A stretch of 64,000 nt of DNA from an uncultured Anaerococcus sp. Lineage in GTDB: Bacteria > Bacillota > Clostridia > Tissierellales > Peptoniphilaceae. This document shows positions 47,673 to 57,206 of the stretch, piece by piece; the stretch's first letter is position 1; every line of letters starts with the position of its first letter. Position numbers and translations under genes: made by a program. The DNA lies in the NCBI GenBank assembly GCA_943914475.1, contig CALUCE010000005.1:41450-105449 (forward strand), written 5' to 3'. Below the pieces are notes generated by a model. It saw only the letters and a list, made by a program, of their open reading frames with translations, had not been told where the DNA came from and ran no database searches.

Positions 47673-48839
47673 TTATAGGCACATTTTATAAATTTCTTTT
47701 ACATCTTCTGGTTTTAATTCCTTGTAACCCTTGATAGATGAGTTTGAGCAAGCTTTTTGGGCCATAAGGTCAAACTTTGATTCGTCTATACCAATTTTGG
47801 TCAAAGTGTCATCAAGACCTAGGGTTTCAAAGAAGAATTCTGCAGTCTTGTCTATGGCTTTTTTAGCTATGGCAAATTCATTATCACTCTTATCAAGCCC
47901 AAAAACATTTACTCCATAGTCGACAAACTTTCCTACAGTGTCTTCATCTAAGATATATTCCATCCACCTTGGTGTAAGGATGGCAAGGCCTAGGCCGTGG
48001 GTTATATCATAGAAGGCCGAAAGTTCGTGTTCCATAGGGTGGCAGGACCAAGCTTTTGGTGAAGTCTTTGATAAAAATCCATTGATAGCCCAAGATGAGG
48101 CCCACATTAGGTTGGCTCTTGCTTCATAGTCTTCTGGATTTTCTATGGCTCTTGGAGCATATTTTATAACGGTTTTCATCAAGGCTTCCATCATTTGATC
48201 AAGCATATACATGGAATCATTGTTATTAAAGTAGATTTCAAACAAGTGACTTAGGATATCTGCAGATCCGCAAGCTGTTTGATAGGCTGAAACTGAGTAG
48301 GTAAATTCTGGGTTAAGGAAGGAAACTTTTGGTCTCATAACTTCTGCACCAGCTGCACGTTTTTCATTTGTTTCAAGATTGGTAATAACTCCGCCTGTAT
48401 CCATTTCTGAACCTGTAGCTGCAAGGGTAAGCACTGCAAAAATTGGAAGGGCATCTGGAATTTCCCTATCTTCGCTAATAAATAACCATGGGTCAAAATC
48501 AACCTTGGCACCTGCTGCTATAAACTTAGTAGCATCTATGGTAGAACCACCACCTATGGCTATGATTAGGTCTATGCCTTCTTTTTTACATATATCTACA
48601 CCTTCTCTTACAGACTCTATCCTAGGATTTGGCTCGATACCTGGAAGTTCAAAGATTTCCATCTCGGCATTTTTTAATTCCTCTACTACCTTGTCATAGA
48701 TTCCATTTTTCTTAATAGAACCTCCACCATAGGTTAAGAGAACTTTTTTACCATAATTTACTGCCTCACTTCCCAAGTGGTCAAGGGCGTCCTTACCAAA
48801 GTGAATTTTGGTTGGTATATAATAAGTAAAGTCATTCAT
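47673..48839 (-). CDS. Iron-containing (group III) alcohol dehydrogenase
   Basis: 388 aa with GGGSTIDATK and the His-rich metal site of the Fe-ADH family. Confidence 0.85.
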   Translation of the reverse strand: MNDFTYYIPTKIHFGKDALDHLGSEAVNYGKKVLLTYGGGSIKKNGIYDKVVEELKNAEMEIFELPGIEPNPRIESVREGVDICKKEGIDLIIAIGGGSTIDATKFIAAGAKVDFDPWLFISEDREIPDALPIFAVLTLAATGSEMDTGGVITNLETNEKRAAGAEVMRPKVSFLNPEFTYSVSAYQTACGSADILSHLFEIYFNNNDSMYMLDQMMEALMKTVIKYAPRAIENPEDYEARANLMWASSWAINGFLSKTSPKAWSCHPMEHELSAFYDITHGLGLAILTPRWMEYILDEDTVGKFVDYGVNVFGLDKSDNEFAIAKKAIDKTAEFFFETLGLDDTLTKIGIDESKFDLMAQKACSNSSIKGYKELKPEDVKEIYKMCL

Positions 48840-48954
48840 TTTTTCTTTCTCCTTTTCCTATATATAAGTAAGCTTTCTACCTATTACTTACCCAAACTTT
48901 GTAAATAGACAAAAAAAGATGCGCGAAAGAGATCACACATCCTTTAAAAAAGCT

Positions 48955-50304
48955 CTAGGCTGATTGTAAAACTCCTATGGAGCTTAAGAAAATCAAGACC
49001 ATGGCTACCGGTGCTATATATTTGAGCGCCAAATAATAAGCTTTGAAGGCCTTTTGCTCTATAGTGTTGTGGTTGGTTAGTTCATCAAAAATAGCATTCT
49101 TATCATAAAACCAGCCCAAGAATATTATTTCTATAAAGGCCGCTATGGTTAGCATGTAGTTGGCAGTCAACTTATCCAAGAAATCAAAGAAAGTTAGACC
49201 CCCTATTTGAAGGACTGAATTTTCTCCATTTGACAAGGAACTTAGGATAGAAAGTAAAAATACTCCCAAGGCTGCTATGGTAGAAGCTTTTTTCCTGGTT
49301 AATTTCAATGAATCTATACCAAAGGCAACTGATGATTCCAAAAGTGATATGGTGGAAGTCAAAGCTGCCAAGGCCAAAAGCACAAAGAAGGCTATACCAA
49401 ACAAGTATCCACCAGGCATAAGCGGAAATACATTTGGCAAGGTCACAAAGACCAGTCCTGCACCTTGACTTGGGTCAAGTCCAAAAGAAAATACTGATGT
49501 GAAGATGGCTATACCAGCAAGGATAGCTATAAGTGTATCAAAAAATGCCACTGTAAAGGCTGATTTTACTATATCATCCTCATCATTTACATAGGAACCA
49601 TAGGTAGTCATTATGGCCATACCCAAGGATAGGGTGAAGAAAGAGTGGCCAAGAGCCGCCAAAAATCCTTCCATGGTAAACTTAGAAAAGTCTGGATAAA
49701 ATAAAAACTTTAGACCTTCTTTTCCACCTGCAAGGGTAGCTCCCCTTATTCCTAAAAGTATTACTATTACCAAAAGCAAAGGTATAAGTACCTTAGATAC
49801 TTTTTCTATTCCTTCTGCTACTCCAGTTTTAACTATAACCATAGTTATTACCATAAATATAAAGGTCCATACTATTGGTTTTATAGGTGAAGATATAAAG
49901 CCTGTAAATAGGCCAGCTATTTGATCAGGGCTTTTACCTGCAAACTCATTTCCTACAGATTTAACTATATATTCCAAGGACCAACCGGCTACAACCGAAT
50001 AAAAGCTTAGGATCAAAAATGATGCCAAAACTGCTATAATTCCAGAATAGTACCACTTCTTGCCAGGGGCAAGTACTTTAAAAGAATCTATAGCATCAGA
50101 TTTCGCCCTACGGCCAATTAGGATTTCACTCATGAGAATTGGAACACCAATAACAATACAAATAATGACATAAACTAATAAAAATGCTCCTCCCCCATTT
50201 GTTCCTACAATATAAGGAAATCTCCATATATTGCCAAGGCCAACAGCCGATCCTACAGCTGCCATTATCATCCCGAAGCTCGAGTTAAAGCCTTTCCTTT
50301 CCAT
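48955..50304 (-). CDS. Sodium-dependent transporter, NSS (SNF) family
   Basis: 449 aa with the NSS N-terminal signature (AVGSAVGLGNIWRFPY). Confidence 0.85.
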   Translation of the reverse strand: MERKGFNSSFGMIMAAVGSAVGLGNIWRFPYIVGTNGGGAFLLVYVIICIVIGVPILMSEILIGRRAKSDAIDSFKVLAPGKKWYYSGIIAVLASFLILSFYSVVAGWSLEYIVKSVGNEFAGKSPDQIAGLFTGFISSPIKPIVWTFIFMVITMVIVKTGVAEGIEKVSKVLIPLLLVIVILLGIRGATLAGGKEGLKFLFYPDFSKFTMEGFLAALGHSFFTLSLGMAIMTTYGSYVNDEDDIVKSAFTVAFFDTLIAILAGIAIFTSVFSFGLDPSQGAGLVFVTLPNVFPLMPGGYLFGIAFFVLLALAALTSTISLLESSVAFGIDSLKLTRKKASTIAALGVFLLSILSSLSNGENSVLQIGGLTFFDFLDKLTANYMLTIAAFIEIIFLGWFYDKNAIFDELTNHNTIEQKAFKAYYLALKYIAPVAMVLIFLSSIGVLQSA

Positions 50305-50622
50305 TTCTTCCTCCTTTAGTCTAATAAATTAATGGAAAAAGTTCAATAATAATTTATATTTTTCCATCGGAGTTAACGGTATTATACCACCTTAGATTTC
50401 TAATGTAAACCATATTTGAAAAATTTATTTCATTTTTTAAAGTATTTTTAAAAAACATGGGTATATTTGACTTTTAAAAGGAAAAATCTTGGCCACAAGC
50501 ATTTTTATGCCCAAGATTTTTATATAAAGAAAAGTATATTTAATTATTATATAAAGCTAAACTTTAAGTGTTATTTATAAATATTCGTAAAAAATACGCC
50601 AAGATTTACTTGACGCATTTTC

Positions 50623-52032
50623 TTAGTTACTTCTTAAAGTTTCTATAGCAGAAAGTTTGGTTGCTCTCTTGGCTGGTAGGTAACCTGCCAAAACTCCCAC
50701 TAGGGCAGAGAAGGTAACTCCTGCCACCGCTAACCAGGCTGGTATAGAAAATAGGTTGGTTGGTTCTGCTCCCATCATTTGTGGATCTGTCGAAGCTAAA
50801 AATAGTTGGTTTAAAAATCCTGATAGGCCAAGGGATATTAAAAGCCCCAAAACTCCACCAAAGAATCCTATAAAACCTGATTCTAAGAGGAACATGGACC
50901 TAATATCGGCTATGGAGGCTCCTATAACCTTCATAACACCAATTTCTTTTTGTCTTTCATAGATAGACATAAGCATGGTGTTGATTATACCAATAGCAGA
51001 AACTATAAAGGCAATAGATCCTATACCTCCCAAGATCATCATAATCTTATTGGTGGAATCATTTATGGAATCTATCATTTCTGTATTGGACTGGGTTTGG
51101 TAGCCCATGGCTTGGATTTCATCTTCTACATTTCTTACATCCTTATAGTCCTTACAAACTACTGAAATTCCATTGTAAAGGTATTTTGAATTGTTGTTAA
51201 TAGGATTTCCCATCATATCAAAGCCTTGGTCTAGTTGGGAAGATTGTAGTTTCTTGTCTTCTTTCTCCAAGGTCTTGTAAGTAGTTTCATTCATATAGGC
51301 ATAAAAACCAGTCAAGAAAGAAGTTTTGGAAAGTTGTCCCTTTACCTTTACAGGTATATCGGCATAGGTTGGCTTGTTCATAATAGACTCCCCACCGTCT
51401 TCGCCTACCTCTATATCTTCAAAGTCCATTTGGTCTGTGCCAAAGTTTGGTCCAGCCTCATCATCCTTATAGCCCAATCTTATATAAAAGTTTGCTCCTA
51501 GGATATCAAAGTCCTCAACTGGTTCTTCGGAAAACCAACCCTGGCCCCCATCTTCTACTTCTTCTGTTACCTTTACTTGGGATGAAAGAAGGAGGGCATT
51601 TTTATCTGAAGCTGTTACATTTCCCCCAAGGTCAAAGTCTTCCTGGCTTAATTTTTGAAAGACCTCATTGGGCATAACCCTAAGCCCTTGGTAGGCTTGG
51701 GCTGAATACTTGTCCTTGCCCTTAACCTTTATCTCTGCAAATATATCCTTGTGGGGAATAACCACCCTTACTCCTTGGATATTTTTAAATTTATTGGCTG
51801 TATTTTTGTCAATCTTGCTTGACGAAGAAGGATCTTGAATTATTTCTATAGTCTCAAGGCCTCCAAAGGATTCAATCATTTGCTTTTGTTGCTCTTGCAT
51901 ACCAAGCCCCAGGGATAGCATCATGATTATAGAAATAGTTCCTATAACAACTGAAAGTATGGTAAGAATTGTCCTAGATTTCCTTCGCCAAAGATTTCTA
52001 AAGGCCATTATTAGCCTATCTTTAGTCCTCAT
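50623..52032 (-). CDS. ABC transporter permease, FtsX/MacB type, with a large extracytoplasmic domain
   Basis: 469 aa with one N-terminal TM helix, a roughly 280-aa loop, and three C-terminal TM helices. Confidence 0.8.
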   Translation of the reverse strand: MRTKDRLIMAFRNLWRRKSRTILTILSVVIGTISIIMMLSLGLGMQEQQKQMIESFGGLETIEIIQDPSSSSKIDKNTANKFKNIQGVRVVIPHKDIFAEIKVKGKDKYSAQAYQGLRVMPNEVFQKLSQEDFDLGGNVTASDKNALLLSSQVKVTEEVEDGGQGWFSEEPVEDFDILGANFYIRLGYKDDEAGPNFGTDQMDFEDIEVGEDGGESIMNKPTYADIPVKVKGQLSKTSFLTGFYAYMNETTYKTLEKEDKKLQSSQLDQGFDMMGNPINNNSKYLYNGISVVCKDYKDVRNVEDEIQAMGYQTQSNTEMIDSINDSTNKIMMILGGIGSIAFIVSAIGIINTMLMSIYERQKEIGVMKVIGASIADIRSMFLLESGFIGFFGGVLGLLISLGLSGFLNQLFLASTDPQMMGAEPTNLFSIPAWLAVAGVTFSALVGVLAGYLPAKRATKLSAIETLRSN

Positions 52033-53080
52033 CTATGGTCAATTCCTCCTCATTTTTCTTTTTCTTCTTGCGTTTTACCACAACTATTATTATCACAATC
52101 AAGGCTATAAGTCCTATCCAAGTAAATGGAGAGGTCAAAAAGCCCATGGATCCATCTGCCGGTTCTTCTGTAATAGGCTCCCCAGTATTTGGATCTACTG
52201 ATATAGGATTACCCTCTTCATCAAAGGCTTCTCCCGTTTGGTCTGCTTCAACTTCCTTAGAAAATTTCTTTTCTTCCTTGTGTTCCTTGCCTGTGGAATC
52301 TTCATAGGTCATTATTACCTTGCCGTTTATTTCCCCTTCTTCGGTTGGGGTTATGGTAAAGGAATAATTTTCGGTAGCTCCTGATGCAAAATTTCCTATA
52401 AAGTGTGTATCTTCATCAACTGTAAAGCCATCTCCTACAACCTTCATCATAAAGGTTGAAAGATTGTCCTTACCAGTATTGTAAACATTCATGGATACTG
52501 ATGTTGGCATGCCAACTCCAAGGCCCTCATCTATATTTATTTCTCCAGATGTTATTTGAGCCTTTTGGACAACTGGTATACCTATAGATTCTGTGGTCCT
52601 ATATTGGTTACCTAGGTAGTCTTCATACTCTAGGGTCACTCCCAAGACATAGGATCCTGCCTTGGCATTTGGTAGGACATTCATCTTTATATTTTTGGTA
52701 ACATAGTTCCAAGGATAGATGGCTGCTGTGTAGAAGGTGTTGGATGAGTTTACAGGGGAGAAAACTGATCCATCGCTAACTAGGGCATTGTTATCTCCAC
52801 TTGGTCCTCCTGGTTGAGATTGGAGGTTTTGGTCGATGCTTACCTTGAGGTTGTAGATTGTGTTGGTATTGTTGGTGTTATAAAGAGTTAGTCCAAGGTC
52901 AAAATTATTTCCTGCCTCTACCATCTTTGGGTTTAGGCTGTAGGAAGATATTATTAACTTGGGTTGGTTTTTCATTTGAGCTGGTGCTACATCTTCCATA
53001 CCTCCATCAAAGCCTTCCGCCCCTTGGGTCATCATTTCATCGCCCGCCATTGCTACTAATAAATCATTATCTTTCATCAT
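52022..53080 (-). CDS. CARDB/DUF11-like beta-sandwich protein with a C-terminal TM anchor and poly-Lys stop-transfer; no N-terminal signal peptide
   Basis: 352 aa with repeats of the pattern YNTGKDNLSTFMMKVVGDGF...YSFTITP. The C-terminus reads FTWIGLIALIVIIIVVVKRKKKKKNEE. Start and stop overlap the flanking ABC genes by 14 and 11 bp. Confidence 0.55.
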   Translation of the reverse strand: MMKDNDLLVAMAGDEMMTQGAEGFDGGMEDVAPAQMKNQPKLIISSYSLNPKMVEAGNNFDLGLTLYNTNNTNTIYNLKVSIDQNLQSQPGGPSGDNNALVSDGSVFSPVNSSNTFYTAAIYPWNYVTKNIKMNVLPNAKAGSYVLGVTLEYEDYLGNQYRTTESIGIPVVQKAQITSGEINIDEGLGVGMPTSVSMNVYNTGKDNLSTFMMKVVGDGFTVDEDTHFIGNFASGATENYSFTITPTEEGEINGKVIMTYEDSTGKEHKEEKKFSKEVEADQTGEAFDEEGNPISVDPNTGEPITEEPADGSMGFLTSPFTWIGLIALIVIIIVVVKRKKKKKNEEELTIDED

Positions 53081-53786
53081 CTTTTAAAACCTCATCTATA
53101 GTTAATTTTTCGTGAATCTTATCTATTTTTCCATCTCTCATATAAAGAGTCCTATCAGCAAACTCTGTCATTTCATCATCGTGGGTTACCATTATTAGGG
53201 TTTGCTTGTTTTCTGTGATTATCTTTTTTATCATGGACATGACCTCAAAGGAAGTCCTGGTATCAAGGTTTCCTGTAGGCTCATCTGCAAAGATAATCTT
53301 TGGCTTACCAACAAAGGCCCTGGCTATGGACACTCTTTGCTGCTGGCCTCCGGACATCTCGTTGGGTTTGTTGTTGACCCTATCTCCCAGGCCAACTTCA
53401 TTTAAAATTTCTGTGGCCATCCTCTTTCTTTCCTTGGCACTGATTCCCTTAAAGGTCAAGGGAAGGGCCACATTTTCCATGGCCGTCAAATAAGGAAGAA
53501 GGTTATAGGATTGGAAAACAAAACCTACGTTGATATTTCTAAACTTGGTAATTTCTTCTTCGCTAAGGTCGGTTAGCCTTATTTTTCCATAGTCTATAGT
53601 TCCCTTGGTCGGTCTTTCAAGGCCTGCAAGCATATTTAAAAGAGTTGATTTTCCTGAACCTGAAGCCCCCAAAAGAGCTACAAACTCTCCCTTTTCTATG
53701 TTAAGGTCTATCCCATCCAGGGCCTTTATCAAGGACCCACCAACCTTATAATATTTTTTTAAATTTCTAATCTCTATCTGTGACAT
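53067..53786 (-). CDS. ABC transporter ATP-binding protein (MacB/LolD-like)
   Basis: The motifs are [27 protein letters not shown] and IIFADEPTGNLD. Confidence 0.9.
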   Translation of the reverse strand: MSQIEIRNLKKYYKVGGSLIKALDGIDLNIEKGEFVALLGASGSGKSTLLNMLAGLERPTKGTIDYGKIRLTDLSEEEITKFRNINVGFVFQSYNLLPYLTAMENVALPLTFKGISAKERKRMATEILNEVGLGDRVNNKPNEMSGGQQQRVSIARAFVGKPKIIFADEPTGNLDTRTSFEVMSMIKKIITENKQTLIMVTHDDEMTEFADRTLYMRDGKIDKIHEKLTIDEVLKDDER

Positions 53787-54006
53787 ACATCTTCCATCTT
53801 TCTAAAGCTAGGACTTATCGTTTACTTTTTTTCATTTTTCTTTATATAAGTTTAAAGCCGTCTTGGTAACCACCATACATTGTTAAATATTTTATAACAT
53901 TGTTTATATACATACAATTAAAATTTTTGTAATATTTGATAAAGCTAAGTCAAAAACCCAAAAGAAAAAAACACAAGCCTTAAACTTATGGTTCTTTCTT
54001 CATATT

Positions 54007-54891
54007 TTATTTTCCGTAGTCTTTCAAATCTTCTATGGAGTCTATGTCCATATAGGCTGGTACTACAAAACCTATGGATGCTCCTTCTAGGTTTGGCCCC
54101 AAATCTTCAATCATATGGCCATATTTTTCCATATAGTTTTTATGGGTTTTAGGCAGCCATGCTGATACGGTCGCATCACAAGACCCATAGGCAAGGGCAG
54201 CAAATAAGGGACCTGGTTCTACAGCCATCATGATTACATCATAGCCTTTTTCTTCAAGCACTGTCATAACCACATGGGCAGATGAATATTCAGAATCCCA
54301 GATAGTATAGCCTAGCTTTACCTTTTGACCATTTCCATCAGGAACTCCTTCTGTCCATTCTTCTACCAAGTCTCTGTGCTTGTCCACCCATTTTTTGGCA
54401 GCAACCTTTACTTCTTCTCCATCATGGATATCCATCAAAACTGATTCCATATCTTCCGGAGTCCAGTAAAAATTATCCAAAATTTCATAGGCACCTGGAT
54501 TATCTTCTTTGAAACCCTTCCTGGTCAAGGTTTCTATTTTTTCTGGTTCTCCAAAGGCAACTTTGGGATCTTCCAGATACTTAAGATCATACTTACCGAA
54601 AATCCAGTGGGGTGTCCAGCCTGTTACCACTATAGGATCTTTTTTCTTGTAGGCATCTCCCAGCATTTGGGTCATAACTGCAGAAGAGTTTGCAGTCATA
54701 TGTTGGCTAAGGCCATAGGCTTCTATTACCTCTTCTGCTGTTTGGGCTGTACCTGATCCTGGTTCTATACCTATGATATAGTCCTTGGGTGAATAGTCTG
54801 TCTGAACTTCTTCTTCACTTTCACTAGCCCCAGACCCACATCCTGTAAGGATTAGGCCAAGAGCTAAAAGTGCTCCTAAAACTTTTTTCAA
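54007..54891 (-). CDS. opuAC: Glycine betaine ABC transporter substrate-binding lipoprotein
   Basis: The lipobox is LILTGCGS, with an OpuAC-type SBP domain. Confidence 0.8.
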   Translation of the reverse strand: MKKVLGALLALGLILTGCGSGASESEEEVQTDYSPKDYIIGIEPGSGTAQTAEEVIEAYGLSQHMTANSSAVMTQMLGDAYKKKDPIVVTGWTPHWIFGKYDLKYLEDPKVAFGEPEKIETLTRKGFKEDNPGAYEILDNFYWTPEDMESVLMDIHDGEEVKVAAKKWVDKHRDLVEEWTEGVPDGNGQKVKLGYTIWDSEYSSAHVVMTVLEEKGYDVIMMAVEPGPLFAALAYGSCDATVSAWLPKTHKNYMEKYGHMIEDLGPNLEGASIGFVVPAYMDIDSIEDLKDYGK

Positions 54892-54901
54892 ATCCTAGCA
54901 C

Positions 54902-55759
54902 CTACTTCCTATCTTTCTTATCTTTTTCTTGGGATATGGCTTGGGTTAGTCTATCAAGGATTATAGCTAAGATTACTATGGCTATACCTGAAGTGAAGCC
55001 CATACCCACATCGTTTCTAGAAACTGCAGTATAGATTATATTTCCAAGTCCTGGCGCACCAATCATTGAAGCTACTACTACCATTGATAGGGTTAGCATC
55101 AGAGTTTGGTTGATACCTGCCATGATAGATAGCTTGGCAAGGGGTAATTCCAAATCAAAAAGTATTTGCTTTGGTGTTGATCCAAAGGAAACTGCTACTT
55201 CCTTTAAGTCCTTTGGCACTTCTCTTATACCTAAATTTGTCATCCTAACAACCGGAGGCATGGCAAAGATTACAGAAGATACAACTCCTGGCGCCATCCC
55301 TATACCAAAGAAGGATACAGCAGGTATTAGGTAGACAAAGGCAGGCATGGTCTGCATAAAGTCAAGTATTGGCATAAGGAAGTTTCTCGCCCCATCCTTC
55401 TTTGATGCCAAAATTCCCAAAGGAATTCCTATAATGACAGAAATAAGGGCTGAGGTTACTACCAAGGCCAAAGATACTATCATCTCATTCCACAAGTCCA
55501 AATTCCACAAAAGTAAGAGGGATATTAGAGAAAATAAGGTAATTCCCTTAATCCTTCTTGTGTAGTAATAGGCAAGTCCAACCACTATTATTATAAATAA
55601 GAGGGGTGGCAAAAATCCTAATACTGTATCAAATAATTCTACCAAAAAGTTAAGTCCATTGGATATAGGCTTAAATATAAAGTCTAGGTGAACCCTAAGC
55701 CATTCTACTGCCACATCTATCCAATGCACCAAGGGTATAGTAGGTATCTTATCCATCAT
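54902..55759 (-). CDS. opuAB: Glycine betaine ABC transporter permease
   Basis: 285 aa, a TMD with the EAA loop (TLFSLISLLLLWNL ... GIREVPKDLKEVAVSFG). Confidence 0.85.
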   Translation of the reverse strand: MMDKIPTIPLVHWIDVAVEWLRVHLDFIFKPISNGLNFLVELFDTVLGFLPPLLFIIIVVGLAYYYTRRIKGITLFSLISLLLLWNLDLWNEMIVSLALVVTSALISVIIGIPLGILASKKDGARNFLMPILDFMQTMPAFVYLIPAVSFFGIGMAPGVVSSVIFAMPPVVRMTNLGIREVPKDLKEVAVSFGSTPKQILFDLELPLAKLSIMAGINQTLMLTLSMVVVASMIGAPGLGNIIYTAVSRNDVGMGFTSGIAIVILAIILDRLTQAISQEKDKKDRK

Positions 55760-56942
55760 ACGAAACTCCTTTCCCAGCCAAGGCTGCTAAAACTGTTCCC
55801 TTTATCATGATTCCCTTGAGGACATTTCCCTCAAGAACTACCATAGGAACCTTGATATCGGTAATTTCTGAAACTATATTATCCAAGGGCTCATCAGGTG
55901 AGACTGCCTTGACATCTGTCCTTAGTATCTGGTCAAGGTAGGTCTTTCCTTGGTCAACGTATTTTGCAGCATCTTCTGCTGTCACATAGCCTTGGAGCTC
56001 TCTTCTATTGTTAACCACAAAAATAGAAGAGTTGCCTGATCTTTGCATCTTTGAAAGGGCAGCTCTAGGACCGTGCTTGGTGATATTTATAGTATCTGGT
56101 CTTATCATTACATTTTCTGCAGTAAGAACCTTGGACCTATCCACATCTTGGACAAACTCCCTAACAAAGTCATTGGCAGGGTGGGATAGAAGATTTTCTG
56201 GTGTATCAACTTGGATAAGCTCACCGTCTTTCATAAGGGCTATCTTATCCCCAAGCTTTAAGGCCTCGTTTAAATCGTGGGTAATAAACAAGACTGTCTT
56301 TTGCATTTCTGATTGCAAAAGCAAAAGCTCATCTTGCATTTCTTTTCTAATAAGTGGATCAAGTGCAGAAAAAGCCTCGTCCATGATAAGTATGTCTGTA
56401 TCTGTTGCCAAAGCACGAGCAAGGCCCACTCTTTGTTGCATACCACCGGATAATTGGTCAGGGTATTGGTCAAGATAGCCTTTCAAGTTAACCATATCCA
56501 AGGCTTCCATGGCCCTCTTGTTGGCTTCTTCTTGGGGCACACCCTTGGTAGTCAGACCATAGGCTGTATTTTCTAGGATGGTATAGTGAGGAAAGAGCCC
56601 AAAGTTTTGAAAGACCATGGACATCTTATCCCTTCTCGCCTTCCTAAGTTCTTCCTCACCCATGGCAGATAATTCCACATCATCTATAAAGATATCTCCA
56701 CTGGTTGGTTCTATCATCCTGTTTATCAGTCTAATCAAAGTTGATTTACCTGAACCTGAAAGTCCCATTATAACAAAAAGTTCCCCTTCTTCAACTTCAA
56801 AGGAAACTTGGTTTACTCCGACTGTCAGTCCAGTTTTTTGTAAAATTTCATCCTTGGTTTTTCCTTCTTCCAAAAGCTTCATCCCAGCCTTGGGATTTTT
56901 ACCGAAGATTTTGGTCAAACCATTAACCTTAATTTTAGGCAA
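55749..56942 (-). CDS. opuAA: Glycine betaine ABC transporter ATPase with tandem CBS domains
   Basis: 397 aa with Walker A GLSGSGKST, the LSGGMQQRV signature, and a C-terminal CBS pair. Confidence 0.88.
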   Translation of the reverse strand: MPKIKVNGLTKIFGKNPKAGMKLLEEGKTKDEILQKTGLTVGVNQVSFEVEEGELFVIMGLSGSGKSTLIRLINRMIEPTSGDIFIDDVELSAMGEEELRKARRDKMSMVFQNFGLFPHYTILENTAYGLTTKGVPQEEANKRAMEALDMVNLKGYLDQYPDQLSGGMQQRVGLARALATDTDILIMDEAFSALDPLIRKEMQDELLLLQSEMQKTVLFITHDLNEALKLGDKIALMKDGELIQVDTPENLLSHPANDFVREFVQDVDRSKVLTAENVMIRPDTINITKHGPRAALSKMQRSGNSSIFVVNNRRELQGYVTAEDAAKYVDQGKTYLDQILRTDVKAVSPDEPLDNIVSEITDIKVPMVVLEGNVLKGIMIKGTVLAALAGKGVSYDG

Positions 56943-57154
56943 TATTGTCTCCTCCTTTATTAATTAATATATAAATAAATCAATATCTTTTTAAAAAATA
57001 AATTAGTAATCTATATATATTATATTACAAAGTCCTATCGTATGCAAACGGGAAAATGTGTATTTCAAGCCATTTACCCCTGGACTTTCCTAGGATTTCA
57101 AGGATGGAAACATTTGTATTTTTTTGTCAAATTTCTTAAAATTTCATGATTTTT

Positions 57155-57195
57155 TGCCAAAAAAACAAGAACTTTTCTAAATCAGTTCCTGTTTT
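57155..57195 (-). terminator. Terminator of the ABC exporter operon
   Basis: On the minus strand AACAGGAACtgatttagaaaaGTTCTTGTT is followed by TTTTTTTGGC. Confidence 0.6.
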
Positions 57196-57206
57196 CTAAC
57201 TTAGTT

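Noticed and set aside
48840-48954. Possible terminator between the NSS transporter gene and the Fe-ADH gene
   Set aside because: Only a weak 4-5 bp stem (GGATG/CATCT) before a T-run was found, which is too weak to call.
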